In this document: one piece after another, positions 1-13,450 of the stretch | Layout: the number at the start of each line of letters is the position of its first letter | Numbering within the stretch: the first letter of the stretch is position 1 | NCBI RefSeq assembly: GCF_964355755.1 | Contig: NC_092673.1 | Coordinates: forward strand, 35,151,648-35,215,647 | Source: Antedon mediterranea | Taxonomy: Eukaryota > Animalia > Echinodermata | Direction of reading: 5' to 3' | Length of the DNA stretch: 64,000 nucleotides | The notes under the pieces: model-generated | Told to the model about the DNA's origin: nothing | The model's database searches: none | Seen by the model: only the letters and a program-made list of their open reading frames with translations | Translations under genes and position numbers: made by a program

Positions 1-32
1 GTTCATTACATTTTCAGACTGAAAACAGTGAA

Positions 33-3000
33 ATGGAAGATCCTGAAGAAAAATTCCGACAATTGAAGTCAGACCTCAGTAGAGACTACGAAAATGAAAA
101 ATACAGATGGTTGAGATTCTGTCTGTTTGATTACTTATCTGTAGGGGATATCACCAATCCTCAGCTCATAGGAAATGTTCTATTCAATAAACTCCATTAT
201 GAAGGTAAAATCACAGAACAGAATGTCAACCTTCTGTTGGATATTGCTAAGTTAACACGTTTGCAGCATGCTGAACAACTAGTAATTCAGTATATAAAGG
301 ATAACAATATTCAAAACACTGGCAGTGGTGAAAGTTTGTCACCTTATCGAAGACGACTATTTCATGCTTTGAGAGAGAGTGAACCAAATGATTTACGAAG
401 GGTTATTTCTCACTATGAATTAAGCACTGAGATACAAAATATTTGGGATTCAGTTTTAAGATTGGAAATTGATACAAAATTAGAAGATAACCAAGAAAAA
501 ATTGAAGTGTTTGCACGTCTTCTTGGAGAACGGTCAAGGAGAGAACTAACTGGTATGCATAGTTTTCTTTTTCATTTACATCTTTTTACTTGAACATGAT
601 CAAATACACATCAATATTACACTTTGTTGTGTACTGTTCGGTAATTATAGTTGAATAATATTTTTATATTACTATTAAAAATAAAATAGAATAGAAGTAT
701 CTATTTTAATAAATTATCTTTTATTTTAAAGAAATAGCTACCTTTACATTTTTCAACTCTGCATTTAATAAAATTGCATGATAAATATTTATAATAAGAA
801 ATTGTTCTTACTTGTACTGTCCAAGATCTCCGTTGATTCATTTATTCGAAATTATGAAAAATGAATTATTACACAAATTTGGTCATCCTCATGATGAATC
901 AAATTTAACAATAAAGTTGTATGAATGTTAAATCCAATCAAATTGTATGCTTTGGTTCATTCTGCATACTATACTATTGTAAAACATTGCCATACAAATC
1001 TTATTATAAAACTATACTTAGCAACTTGTTAGACCTTATTTAAATGATGGTGTCTCTGCTCATGCCTTTAAAGAATATATATAGATGCTTTCAAATCTGT
1101 CCAAAGAAGAATCACATGTATCTGTCTCCCGAATCCGCTGGTAGCATTACTTACTAGTAAAAAGCTAAAATGTCAAATCTTATGTTCATATCTTATGTTC
1201 ATATCTTATGTCCATATCTTATGTTCATATCTTATGTTCATATCTTATGTTCATATCTTATGTTCATATCTTATGTCCATATCTTATGTCCATATCTTAT
1301 GTCCATATCTTATGTTCATATATTATGTTCATATATTATGTTCATATATTATGTTCATATCTTATGTTCATATATTATGTTCATATCTTATGTTCATATC
1401 TTATGTTCATATATTATGTTCATATATTATGTTCATATCTTATGTTCATATATTATGTTCATATCTTATGTTCATATATTATGTTCATATATTATGTTCA
1501 TATCTTATGTTCATAAATAATCTTATTATTTTTCTTTGTATTACCTTTGTAAATGTTTGTCACAAAATATGTGATGTCTTCAAATTTATTTACTCAGGCA
1601 TATAGTGACCATCTTAACTTAAGTAATAATTTTGTGTGTAGGCCTACTGATTGTTTTCATAATTCTTTTCTTGGACATTTTAGAAATCTACCTGTGGATC
1701 ACAGGATTTAAGTTTGATTTAACATAATTTAGTAAACGTTAAATTTTCAGCTTGAGGGTAAATTTGTATCCATTTTTATAATTATATTGAATTTTAATCT
1801 TTTAACCGTAAATACATTTTAATATGTGTATTTCAATGTAGAGAGCCGCTCACCAGTTATTTCTTTTAAAACAGTTAGGTATAATCCTGCCTGATTATTT
1901 TACATTTTGGTCTGTTTTTGTCAGGCAAATATGATATGATAAATGACAACATTTATTTCAATTCAATTCAATTCAATTCAATAATACATTTATTTAAGAT
2001 GGTCACAATATATAACAAACAATATTACAATAAACAATCATAAACAATTAATATAAGACCATCTTAGGGATCAAAATTAGAAGTAGAACTTGTCTCACAT
2101 TGACCCCTAAAATAATAATAATAATTCAAACAAAAATAAGAACGGTACCGTATAAATATACAAATACAACGCATACAATTAAATAAATTATACAGTGCGC
2201 AACATATTTAGTAGGTTTGGTAACAAGATAAATAAAGGATTTTTATATGCTTTCTAAATGAATTTACAGTATATAAATGATTGATGGCAGTTGAATCTAG
2301 ATTATTCCAATACGTTGGTCCTAAATAAGTAATAAAAAACTGGCTTTTTCTAAGTTTAACAAATGGAACATACAATTTATGTGGATTTCTTATGTTATAG
2401 GTATGATCTAATAAACGATTTGAAAATAACATTGAAACAGACTTTGGTAGTAAACCAGTAACATATTCAAACATAAAAGAAGTAACTTGAAGTTTATGAA
2501 GGTCATATATTTTTAAAATTTTAAGTTTTTTAAACAAAGGTTCTGATGCAGATGTAGATTGTTCAAAGTTTAATAATCGAACAACACGTTTTTGTAAAAT
2601 GAAAATTCTATGTAAATTTGATGGATAATCAGCTGCCCATATAATATTGCAATAAAGTAAATGTGGTAATATAAGCGAATTATACAAAGAAAGTAAAATG
2701 TGTTGAGGAAAAAAATATTTTATCTGGTTTATAACACCAATGCATTTAGACATTTTGATTGAAATATTTTTCTGATGACCGGTCCAATTTAAGTTTTCAT
2801 TAATTAAAATTCCAAGAAATAAAGTTTCGCTTTTTCGGTCCAGATTTTTACCATTTAGAACAACCTGAATGTTTTTGTTACTTAATTTATGCCTGTTTCG
2901 ATGGGAGTGAAATATAATGAAATTTGTTTTTGAAGTATTAATCAATAATTTATTAGAAGAGAACCAATTTTCAATCTTATTTAATTCTAAATTAAAGGTA

Positions 3001-6000
3001 TTTACTAATAAATCAATATTTTTGTTTGAATAAAATAAAGTTGTATCATCGGCAAAGGAAACAATATTCAGTGTATCACTAACAAAGGTTATGTCATTTA
3101 CGTAAATAAGAAATAATAAGGGTCCAAGGACCGACCCCTGTGGTACACCACATGGAACGTTCTTTGCCGATGATTTACAGTTACCAATCTGTACATATTG
3201 TTTACGATTACTAAGATAACTAATAAACCATTTTAACGAAACACCTCTAATGCCATAACGTAACAGTTTTGAAAGTAAAATATCATGATTAACAACATCA
3301 AAAGCTTTGGATAGATCAAGAAAAGTGCTTAACAAAAATTCTTTATTTTCAAATGCATTATTAATTGAATGTATAAGTTCAAGCATAGCGTAACAGGTAG
3401 AGTGTTTTTTACGAAAACCATATTGATGATTATTTAGGATGTTATGTTTAGTTAAATATGTATAAAGACGAGTATGCATTAATTTTTCTATTATTTTTGA
3501 GAGAATGGGGAGAACGGAAATCGGTCTATAATTGTTAAGTAAGTTTGCATTTCCCTTTTTAAAAACTGGGACCACTTTAGCTAATTTTATATGATCAGGT
3601 ACGATTCCTGTAGTAAAAGATAAATTGATAACATAAGTAAGAGGAATTAAAATAAAAGGAGTAATTTTTTTAAGAACAGAAGGTGTAAGGGAGTCGTGTC
3701 CTGATCCTTTATTAGAGTCTAGACTGTTGATCATGTTCAACACTTCATTTTCAGTGACTGGGTTAATAAAAAATGAATTAATGGGTGGGGGTGGTAAATT
3801 CGACATTGGATCAATATTATTATCTGGGATGGAGTTGAGCGTTTTTAAACCGATTTCTGAAAAATATTTGTTAAAGTGATCACATATAGAGTTAGTATCA
3901 TAAATAAATTCATCCCCAATTTTCAAGACTGAGGGATTTTTATTATTTTTTCTAGCTGGATTTAAAATAGAATTGATCACACCCCAATTAATCATTTTCA
4001 CAATCTAAGACAGAATTGTAGTAGTTTCCATTATTATGTATAAAGACTGATTGTTCAGTTTAAATTGACTTAATTGTTGAATAAAATAGTCAATCTTTTA
4101 ACTCAAGAAATATTCCCCCTTTTTCCTCGTAAACATTCATTCATTTGTATTACTTTTTAAAATATCCATGCTATTGTGTATCTTTTTGTTTATGGAAAAA
4201 GTTTTATTTTAGAAATAGTATCTTGTATAAACATAGAAACAAGATAAACAAGAAGCAAGCATAAATAGGTATATAGAACAGAATTACACAAGATATTCAA
4301 TGAAAAAATCTAAAACATTTTTTTACAGAGTGTGTCATTTAAGTGTTTTTTTTTCTTCTATAGATGTTGAAACAAATGAAACAATAATAGAGCCTTCCAC
4401 TTCTAACTTTGAAGGAAACCTATCGTCAACAGATAAAGGTAAATATAACAAAATTGAGAAAAATGTTTAATAAAACCTTTACACAGATCTAAGAATAAGT
4501 GAATTTGATGATACATGCCAATATTGCTTGCTGAACTACAGAATGTTAAACTACTCTTGTTGATAAAAAAAAATACTTTAATTGGTTCAATTATAGACTG
4601 GAGATGATAATATACTATGTACAGATAATGAACATAAAATAGATTGATTTGTAAACAATTTAATAGGGAGCAACCACTACAATTACATTTTTATTACATA
4701 TTTAGGTGAGCCACCTCATAAAAAGCCTCATCAATCACAAGAAACAATAAGTGAGTATAATGATAAAGAATAATTTTATTTTGTATGTTGTCATAGTCTA
4801 ATTTGAAGTCATGAAGTACAGTAGAACCCTTTTGGACCCAACAAATTGTCCCCATAATAGCAGGGGTTGTTCTAGGGGTTTTATTGTAGTCTATTTTGGC
4901 GCTGAAATTTTTTTTACCAGCAAAAAATGATTCTACTATTCAATACCTTCAAAAAGGCCTAAAATGATTCAATTCCCAGGTGAAAATTCCAGTTGAGACC
5001 AGTTGGAAATTCCAATTGGTCCAACTGGTATTCAACTGGTTCAACTGGTTTTCAATTGGTTCAACTGATTTCCAATTGGTTCAACTGGTTTTCCAACTGG
5101 TCAGCTGCTTTTTCCAACTGGTTTTCAACTGGTCCAACTGGTTGGTTCTTCCAACTGGTTTTCTCAACTGGTAAGCTGGTTTTCCAACTGGTTTTCAATT
5201 GGTCCAACTGGTTGGTTATTCCAAGTGGTTTTTTTTTCCATCACGTCAACTGGTTTTCCCAACTGGTCTCCAGCTGGTTTTTTTCCCCATCAGGTCAACT
5301 GGTTTTTTCAAGCACAACTCAGTATATGATGTCCAATGGCTTTTTCCAACTGGTTGTTTTATTAACTGGTCCAAAACAGGTTTTGCAACCAGGTAAATTG
5401 GTATTGGCTTTTATAACCAGGGGGACCCTCTTCCGGGAGGAAGGATGTGATGTGAGCTAGCGTGCATAGTCCCATAATGACTTATGACAAACCAAGAATT
5501 GCCTCATTTGGTTTCTGTGACATAATTAGCTGCAACTCAGATTGTGTCTACCTTCAACTGTGCTGATTGTATCATCACAATGACCAATACGTTTCGTTCC
5601 TACACCCCATGATCTAGGAAATTTATTTGTAATTTAGGCCTTGGCCCCTTAACATAACAAAATAACATTTTAAGAGAACGGAAAGTAAATCACATCTTCT
5701 TGAATATGCTAAATAAAAATACAAATTAGACATTCTTTTCTTCCTGTTCATGTGAACCAAAAGTTAATAAATTATGTGATGGTTTTTCCCGTTTAGACAA
5801 TTCCAAACAAAATTAATCTATAAACCAAAAGTTTATCAGAAAAGAATGATTTATTGACAAAATTAAAAAATTACATAAACATTGCTAGCTAAAACATGAG
5901 ACATACACATTTTTAAAAATGTTTTATTTATTTGAGGTGCTGGCATGTCAAAACTAATGGCTATATTAACAAATTGTTTTGGTATTTTTTAACAGTTAAA

Positions 6001-9000
6001 AAGTATCTGATTGAAAAACAAAAAGAATTATATAAAGATTTTAACAAATTGGAGACAGCAGTTCTTGAGGACCTCAATATTGAAGAGTTATTCACTGATC
6101 TCAAGTTAGTTCAATCAAGTAAGAAAGAGAATAAAGCAGAATCTAGAAACCAGAAAAGAGGCCAACATGACCAGAAAGAAAAAATACCTAAAACATTGGG
6201 GGAGATATTGGAGGTTATAAAAACTAGAAATGCTCGTAAAATCATATTTACAGGTAAAGGGGGGATGGGAAAGACAACCCTTCTTAGATATATTGCTTAT
6301 AACTGGGCTATATGTAAAAATAATACATTTGATGACAAAATAGTGTTTCTAGTAAATATCAGGGACTTGCAGCCTAAAAAAGGAATCTTAGATGCCATTA
6401 TTAGTAATATGTATTATGTTCCAACGTTCACTATTTATATGGATACATACAATGATGAAGAATCTAAAAAATTGATTAAAAACTTCATAATAAAGAATGG
6501 GAATGAAATAGTTGTACTATTAGATGGATTAGATGAGTTGCAGCAAGGTGTCGAGGATCCTATAGTTTTATTTACAAATACAGATTTTAAAAATGTCACG
6601 CTAATAACATCGCGACCTGAAAACACTACAAAATTTGTTGATAAATCCGATGTACATGTGGAGGTAAATGGATTCAGTGAAACAAGTATAAAGAACTACA
6701 TTAATAGATATTTTGCTAATAATAAGGATTTAGGGGAATGGCTATTCTATACATTAAGACATAATTCACACACACAAGTATTTGAAATGTGTTCGTCTCC
6801 TTTGGTATTACTTATGATTTGCAACATATGGGAAGAATCCGGAAACCTTCCGGATGACTTATCAGATCTTTTCCGAGAACTAATTTGTTGCACTTTAAAT
6901 CAACATTTATCTAAGCTAAATTGTGTGGAAAACAAATCTAAAATTGCAACTTTTGATAGAATTCCAGCTGAATATAAAACTGCAATACTAGCATTAGGTC
7001 AATGGATCTATGAAGGACTAAAGAAAAACATATTGATAATTGACAAGTACGATTTCAACAAAATTTGTAAGAATAAATCAATTGTAGAATTAGCACTAAA
7101 TATTGGATTTGTTTACAAAGAGCAATCTCTTAGTAAAAGTGATAAAATGAAAATGTTTGCTCCACCACACAAGTTAGTTTCAGAGGCATTAGCTGGGTTT
7201 TACCTTGCTGAAAAGTGTCAGTCAGGTGATTTGAAGGAGGAGGAGTGTGACATGATAATATCTAATGAATATCTACATATGACAACCATATTCACTATAG
7301 GATTCCTAGGTGTTGATGCTGGTAAATTTATGAAACATTGGTTGAGAGTGAAAGCTTCCAACTTGTATTCACTAGCAAAGTATTTCAAATATGTAAAGGC
7401 AGAACATGAACAGTCTGTAATAGAAGAATTAGATACAAAAATATCAAGTGATGAAGTACTTAAAGAAACATGTTTAGAAATGTCTGAGTCATATAGATAT
7501 TTGCTATCTATTGACATTGATGGTAAACCAAAAAATGAACATTTGGTACAACTTATGAGCAGATTTGATGATATGGATATCCATTTTGTCAAATTAAAAG
7601 AAAAAACAAAAGTCATTAAACCTACAAACAAATATGCTATGCTAGTTCATATCTATATAATCATAAATGGACTAATAAGTGATGATATAGACCTACAATA
7701 TGATATGTGTGACCATTATGAAAATCTATTACAGTCATTGGTAGAAGACAATGGGATTGATATCCTTTCAGTTTTAATGGACAATTTTGAATTAAAATAT
7801 GACTTTAAAATGGTTTATGTTGAGGAATTAATTAGCCCCAATTTGTTTATTCATTTGTTAAAATATTCACCTAACCTGAAGAGTTTGGAATTTGAAACTG
7901 CCACTGTAACTGGTGATACATTAAATCAAGTTTTGGTTGACAATATTTTACCACCTGATCTAAATATTTATCTTGAAAAGAATGATTTAAGTGATATCGA
8001 TGGTCTTTCACTCTCTAAGATGGTGAATCTAATTCGATATGATTCAGAAATGCTGGACGCTCAAGAAGAATCTTTCATATTTACTACTTTTCACCTGTCA
8101 GTTGATAACCTGAAAAGTCTTATAGATGCCTGTTGTGAAAATGATAGGAAATTAACATGGAATTGGTTGGACTTAAGTGGAGTTAACCTATCTTCAATTG
8201 AAGGATCAAAATTAGCTTGTTTATTCAAATTCTCTCCAGAATTATCTATCCTTGATATGAGTAATTGCCATCTCTCAGGAAGTATTATTATAGATTTTGT
8301 TGAGGAATGTGATGAAAACAATGTGGTATTGCAATCTAAATTTATTACTCTAACAGGTAACAATCTGTCAGATGGTTTTTTACTTGATAAATTGTTAAGT
8401 GCTAAATGGTGTGATTACAGTCTGACACTTGATAACCTGACAATTCTAATAGATAACTGTTATGAACATGGTAGAATATTGACTATGAGGTATTTAGATT
8501 TAAGTGGACTTAACCTAGCTTTAATTGGCGGATCAAAGTTAGCTTGTTTATTAAAATTCTCTCCACAACTAGGACGTCTTAATATGAGTAATTGCAATCT
8601 TTCAGGTAGTATTATTAAAGATTTATTGAATGAATGTGATGAAAACAATGTTGTATTGAAACATGGCATGTTTAATCTACGAGGAAACAATCTTTCAGAT
8701 ATTGATGGTGTTTTTAGGTTGGTGGAACTAATTAATCAAAACACTTTTGAATGGAAAGATTATAGCATGTCAGTTGATAACCTAAGAGGTCTTATAGATG
8801 CCTGTTATGAACATGGTAAAATATTGACATGGGAAAAGTTGAATTTAAAAGGGATTAATTTAGCTTCAATTGAAGGATCAAAATTAGCTTGTTTATTAAA
8901 ATTCTCTCCACAACTACAACTTCTTAGTATGAGTAATTGCAATCTCGCAGCTAGTTTTATAACAAATTTGTTTGCTGAATGTGATAAAAACAATGTGGTA

Positions 9001-12000
9001 TTGAAACCTGGCATGCTTGATCTAATGGGTAACAATCTTTCAGATATTGATGGTGTTTCACTTTTTAGGATGGTGAACCTAATTTATATAAAAGAAAATA
9101 CATTTGTATGGTGTAATTATAGCCTGTCAGTTGATCACCTGAAATTTCTTGTAAATACCTATAAAGAACATTGTAGGATATTGACATGGAGAAAGTTGAA
9201 TTTAATTGGACTTAACCTATCTTCAATTGAAGGATCAACATTAGCTTGTTTATTGAAATTCTGTCCACAACTACAACATCTTGATATGAGTAATTGTCAT
9301 CTCTCAGGTAGTATTATTAGAGATTTATTGAATGAATGTGATAAAAACAATGTGGTATTGAAACCCAACATGCTTGCTCTACAGGGAAACAATCTTTCAG
9401 GTATTGATGGCCATTCACTTTGTAGGTTGGTGGACCTAATTTATCTACAGCGATACAATGGCATTTTTAATTGGTATGATTATAGCCTGTCAGGTGATAA
9501 CTTGAAAAGTCTTGTAGATACCTGTAATGAACTATGTAGGAATTTGACATGGAAGAGTTTGGACTTAAGTGGACTTAACTTAGCTTCAATTGGCGGACCA
9601 ACATTAGCTTGTTTAATAAAATTGTCTCCACACCTACAACTTCTTAGTATGTGCAATTGCAATCTCTCAGGTAGTATTATAACACATTTGTTTGATGAAT
9701 GTGATAAAAACAATGTGGTATTGAAACCTGGCATGCTGGATCTAAAGGGAAATAATATTTCAGATATTGATGGTGTTACACTTTTTAGGTTGGTGGAACT
9801 AATTTATATGAAAGAAAATACATTTGTATGGTGTAATTATAGCCTGTCAGTTGATCACCTGAAATGCCTTGTAAATACCTATAATGAACATTGTAGGATA
9901 TTAACATGGAGAAAGTTGAATTTAAGTGGATTTAACCTATTTTCAATTGGCGGATCAACATTAGCTTGTTTATTAAAATTCTCTCCACAACTACAACTTC
10001 TTAGTATGAGTAATTGCAATCTCTCAGCTAGTTTTATAACAAATTTGTTTGATGAATGTGATAAAAACAATGTGGTATTGAAACCTGGCATGCTGGATCT
10101 AAAGGGAAATAATATTTCAGATATTGATGGTGTTACACTTTTTAGGTTGGTGGACCTAATTTATCTGCCGTATTATCACTACGAGAAGGGAAGGTTTAAT
10201 TGGCATGATTATAGCCTGTCAGGTGATAACTTGAAAAGTCTTGTAGATGCCTGTAATGAACTATGTAGGAATTTGACATGGAGGAGGTTGAATTTAAGTG
10301 GACTTAACTTAGCTTCAATTGGAGGATCAAAATTAGCTTGTTTATTAAAATTCTCTCCACAACTACAATATCTTAATATGAGTAATTGTCATCTCTCTGG
10401 TAGTATTATCAAAGATTTATTAAGAGAATGTGATAAAAACAATGTGGTATTGAAACATGGCATGCTTGATCTATATGGAAACAATCTTTCAGATATTGAT
10501 GGTGTTTCACTTTTTAGGTTGGTGGAACTAATTAATCAAAACACTTTTGAATGGGATGATTATAGCCTGTCAGTTGATCAGCTCAAAAGTCTTGTAGATG
10601 CCTGTTTTGAACATGGTAGAATATTGACTATGAGCAAATTAGATTTAAGTGGACTTAACCTAGCTTCAATTGGAGGATCAAAATTAGCTTGTTTATTAAA
10701 ATTCTCTCCACAACTACAATATCTTAATATGAGTAATTGTCATCTCTCTGGTAGTATTATCAAAGATTTATTAAGAGAATGTGATAAAAACAATGTGGTA
10801 TTGAAACATGGCATGCTTGATCTATATGGAAACAATCTTTCAGATATTGATGGTCTTTCACTCTCTAAACTAATTCAATATGATTCAGATTTAATGGACG
10901 TTGCAGAAGATTGTTTTACTACTTTTCACCTGTCAGTTGAAAACCTAATAGGTCTTGCAGATGCATGTTATGAACATGATAGGATATTGACATGGAAACG
11001 GTTTAATTTAAGTGGGATTAACTTAGCTTCAATTGCAGGATCAAAAATAGCTTGTTTATTAAAATTCTCTCCACAACTAAATTTTCTTGATATGAGTAAT
11101 TGCCATCTCTCAGATACTATTATTAAAGATTTTTTTAATGAATGTCATAAAAACAATGTAGTATTGAAATCTAAATTTATTACTCTAACAGGTAACAATC
11201 TGTCAGATGGTGTTTTACTTATTAAATTGTTAAATTCTGAATGGTGTGATTACAGTCTGACACTTGATAACCTGACAATTCTAATAGATGCCTGTTATGA
11301 ACATGGTAGAATATTGACTATGAGCGAATTAGATTTAAGTGGACTTAACCTAGCTTCAATTGAAGGATCAAAATTAGCTTGTTTAATTAAATTCTCTCCA
11401 CAACTAGTAGAGCTTTATATGAGTAATTGCCATCTCTCAGGTAGTATTATAAAAGATTTATTGTATGAATGTGATGAAAACAATGTTGTATTGAAACCTG
11501 GCATGCTTGATCTAGAGAAAAACAATCTTTCAGATATTGATGGTGTTTCACTTGCCAGGTTGGTGAACCATTTAATGGTTTACACTTTTGCATGGTGTGA
11601 TTACAGCCTGTCAGTTGACAACTTAAGAGGTCTTGCAGATGCCTGTGAACATGGTAGGATGTTGACATGGAAAGTGTTGAAATTAAGTGGAATTAACCTA
11701 TCTTCAATTAGAGGATCAAAATTAGCTTGTTTATTAAAATTCTCTCCACAAATACGACGTCTTGATATGAGTAATTGCCATCTCTCAGGTAGTATTATAA
11801 AAGATTTATTGAATGAATGTGATGAAAATGGTGTGGTATTGAAACCTGGCATGCTTGATCTAAAGGGAAACAATCTTTTAGATATTGATGGTGGTACACT
11901 TATTAAGTTGGTCTTCCTAAATTGTTTAGATGATTATATTGTTAATTGGGGTTATTGCCTGTCAGTTGATCACCTGAAAAGTCTTGTAGACATGTGTAAA

Positions 12001-12627
12001 GGTAGGATATTAACATGGAGACGGTTGAATTTAAGTGGGCTTAATCTAGCTTTAATTGGTGGATCAACATTAGGTTATTTATTAAAATTCTCTCCACAAC
12101 TACAACATCTTGATATGATTAATTGCAATCTCTCTGGTACTATTATACAAGATTTATTGAATGAATGTGATAAAAACAATGTGGTATTGAAACCTGGTAT
12201 TCTTGATCTAAGGGGAAACAAACTTTCAGATATTGATGGCCTTTCAATTTTTAAGTTGTTGATTTGTATGAATTATGACATTTTTAAAGGGCATGATTAT
12301 GGCCTGTCAGTTAATAACCTACAAGAACTTGTAGATGTCTGTAAGGTTAATAATAGCAAGTTGACGTGGAGTGATTTAGATTTAAGTGGACTTAATCTTG
12401 TAGTATCCATTTTAGCTGATTTAATACAATTCTCTCCATTTCTGGAACATCTCAGTTTAGAAAATTGCAATATTTCAGGTGGTATGATAATGTCTGTATT
12501 GAATGAATGTGAACAAAATGGAGTAGTATTGAAAAAAGAAATGCTGAATCTGATGGGCAATGACCTTTCAGACATCACAGATGAAACATCAGTTGCTAAA
12601 TTAAACTGGATCCTTAGTAAATCCTAA
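33..12627 (+). CDS. NLR-family receptor: tandem DED-like N-terminus, NACHT NTPase, very long LRR array (~2423 aa, 4 coding exons)
   Basis: Exons 33-552, 4364-4438, 4706-4750, 5996-12627; all introns GT-AG and phase 1, summing to 7272 nt in frame. Walker A GKGGMGKTT, Walker B VVLLDGLDE, sensor LITSRP, SPLVLLMIC, winged-helix FAPPHKLVSEALAGFY. LRR motifs LDLSGLNL/LNMSNCNL/LDLKGNNL. An acceptor at 16-17 with an open in-frame 18-32 means further upstream exons are possible. Confidence 0.92.
1177..1514. repeat. 13-bp minisatellite (TTATGTTCATATC)n, ~26 copies, NLR intron 1
   Basis: Directly visible period of 13; it explains the three overlapping MFISYVHILCSY ORFs. Confidence 0.95.
1957..4000 (-). 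mobile_element. 5'-truncated non-LTR retrotransposon (CR1/L2-group LINE), antisense in NLR intron 1, with an uninterrupted RT ORF
   Basis: ORF 2208-4001 has NYRPIS, QYGFR, FLDLSKAFD, GVPQGSVLGPLLF and FADD. The 3' UTR has a stem-loop (2064-2110), AATAAA and a (TTGAA)n tail at ~1957-1981. No endonuclease domain; no clear TSD. Confidence 0.93.
4975..5422. repeat. Degenerate (CAACTGGTTTTC)-type repeat array with CCCAGGT.../...ACCAGGG ends; possible non-autonomous DNA transposon
   Basis: ~30 copies of a CAACTGGT-like core, an inverted copy (ACCAGTTG) near the left end, and imperfect terminal inverted repeats. Confidence 0.55.
8100..12600 (+). repeat. Coding tandem array of ~13 super-repeats (~330-370 bp, 4 LRRs each) within the NLR terminal exon
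   Basis: The KFSP/KFCP/KLSP/QFSP anchor recurs 13 times. DNA is near-identical between units, e.g. 10310-10503 = 10661-10854. Confidence 0.93.
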
Positions 12628-13450
12628 TTGGTTTTATCTAAACTTGGATGTAGACATTTTGGGAAACGGAACAAAAATCAAATGAGTTGATTAACATAAA
12701 CCCTTTTTCTTCATCAATCACTGTCAAGTAATTTATATTCTTTGTTTTACTTACATAAACTATACAAGGTTAAATACAATGAAATATATTTCATAATCTT
12801 ACTACTTAAATATAAATAAATAAATATATATTGTGATACAGTTTGAAAGACATCACATTTTTTATTTAAATATGAACGATCTATAAGCACTGCAAAACTT
12901 TTAAGTTCTTAATCCCTGGTTGCATTCGGCTAAGATTTATCATAAATCATTCTTATGTGTTTTACTTAGTGAAGACAATATCATGAAGGATGATGTGGGA
13001 CAGATGATTGTGTATTGTCCGTGTGGAGGGGAGAAATGGAGTTATTTAATGAGTTTTATAAAATCTTTATGATAGATGCTAAATAATCCTAGAATACTAC
13101 AGTATAAATTTACAATTAGATTTAGGATGAGGAGACATTCTGTACATCTCTGTCACCACAACTACATATTCAAATTTGCATGATTTATGTGATATGGATT
13201 TAAAACGGGATATTTGTGTCTATTCCATGCCTGGTTACCTGAATAACCGAAATTAGCTCACTCCTACGAAGTGGGGGACAATATGAAAACAAGTATTTTT
13301 ATTGGAACACCCCTACATATCCATGGAACCATCTCCATGTATTAGTGTTACAATCATTTCTTTGTGTATTGTTGTTGAGTAAAGTACGAAAACAAAAGAA
13401 CAAACTAATTCAGAGAATTCTACATCTGAAATTAAGTTGTTGTTTATTAC

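Noticed and set aside
1170-1605. Three overlapping repetitive ORFs
   Set aside because: They are translations of a 13-bp minisatellite in an intron.
5932-5995. ORF-track start of the 2231-aa NLR ORF
   Set aside because: TTG start in intronic sequence; the real exon begins at the acceptor 5995/5996 in phase 1.
6435-12578. Repeated minus-strand ORFs within the NLR exon
   Set aside because: Antisense shadows of the coding LRR repeats.
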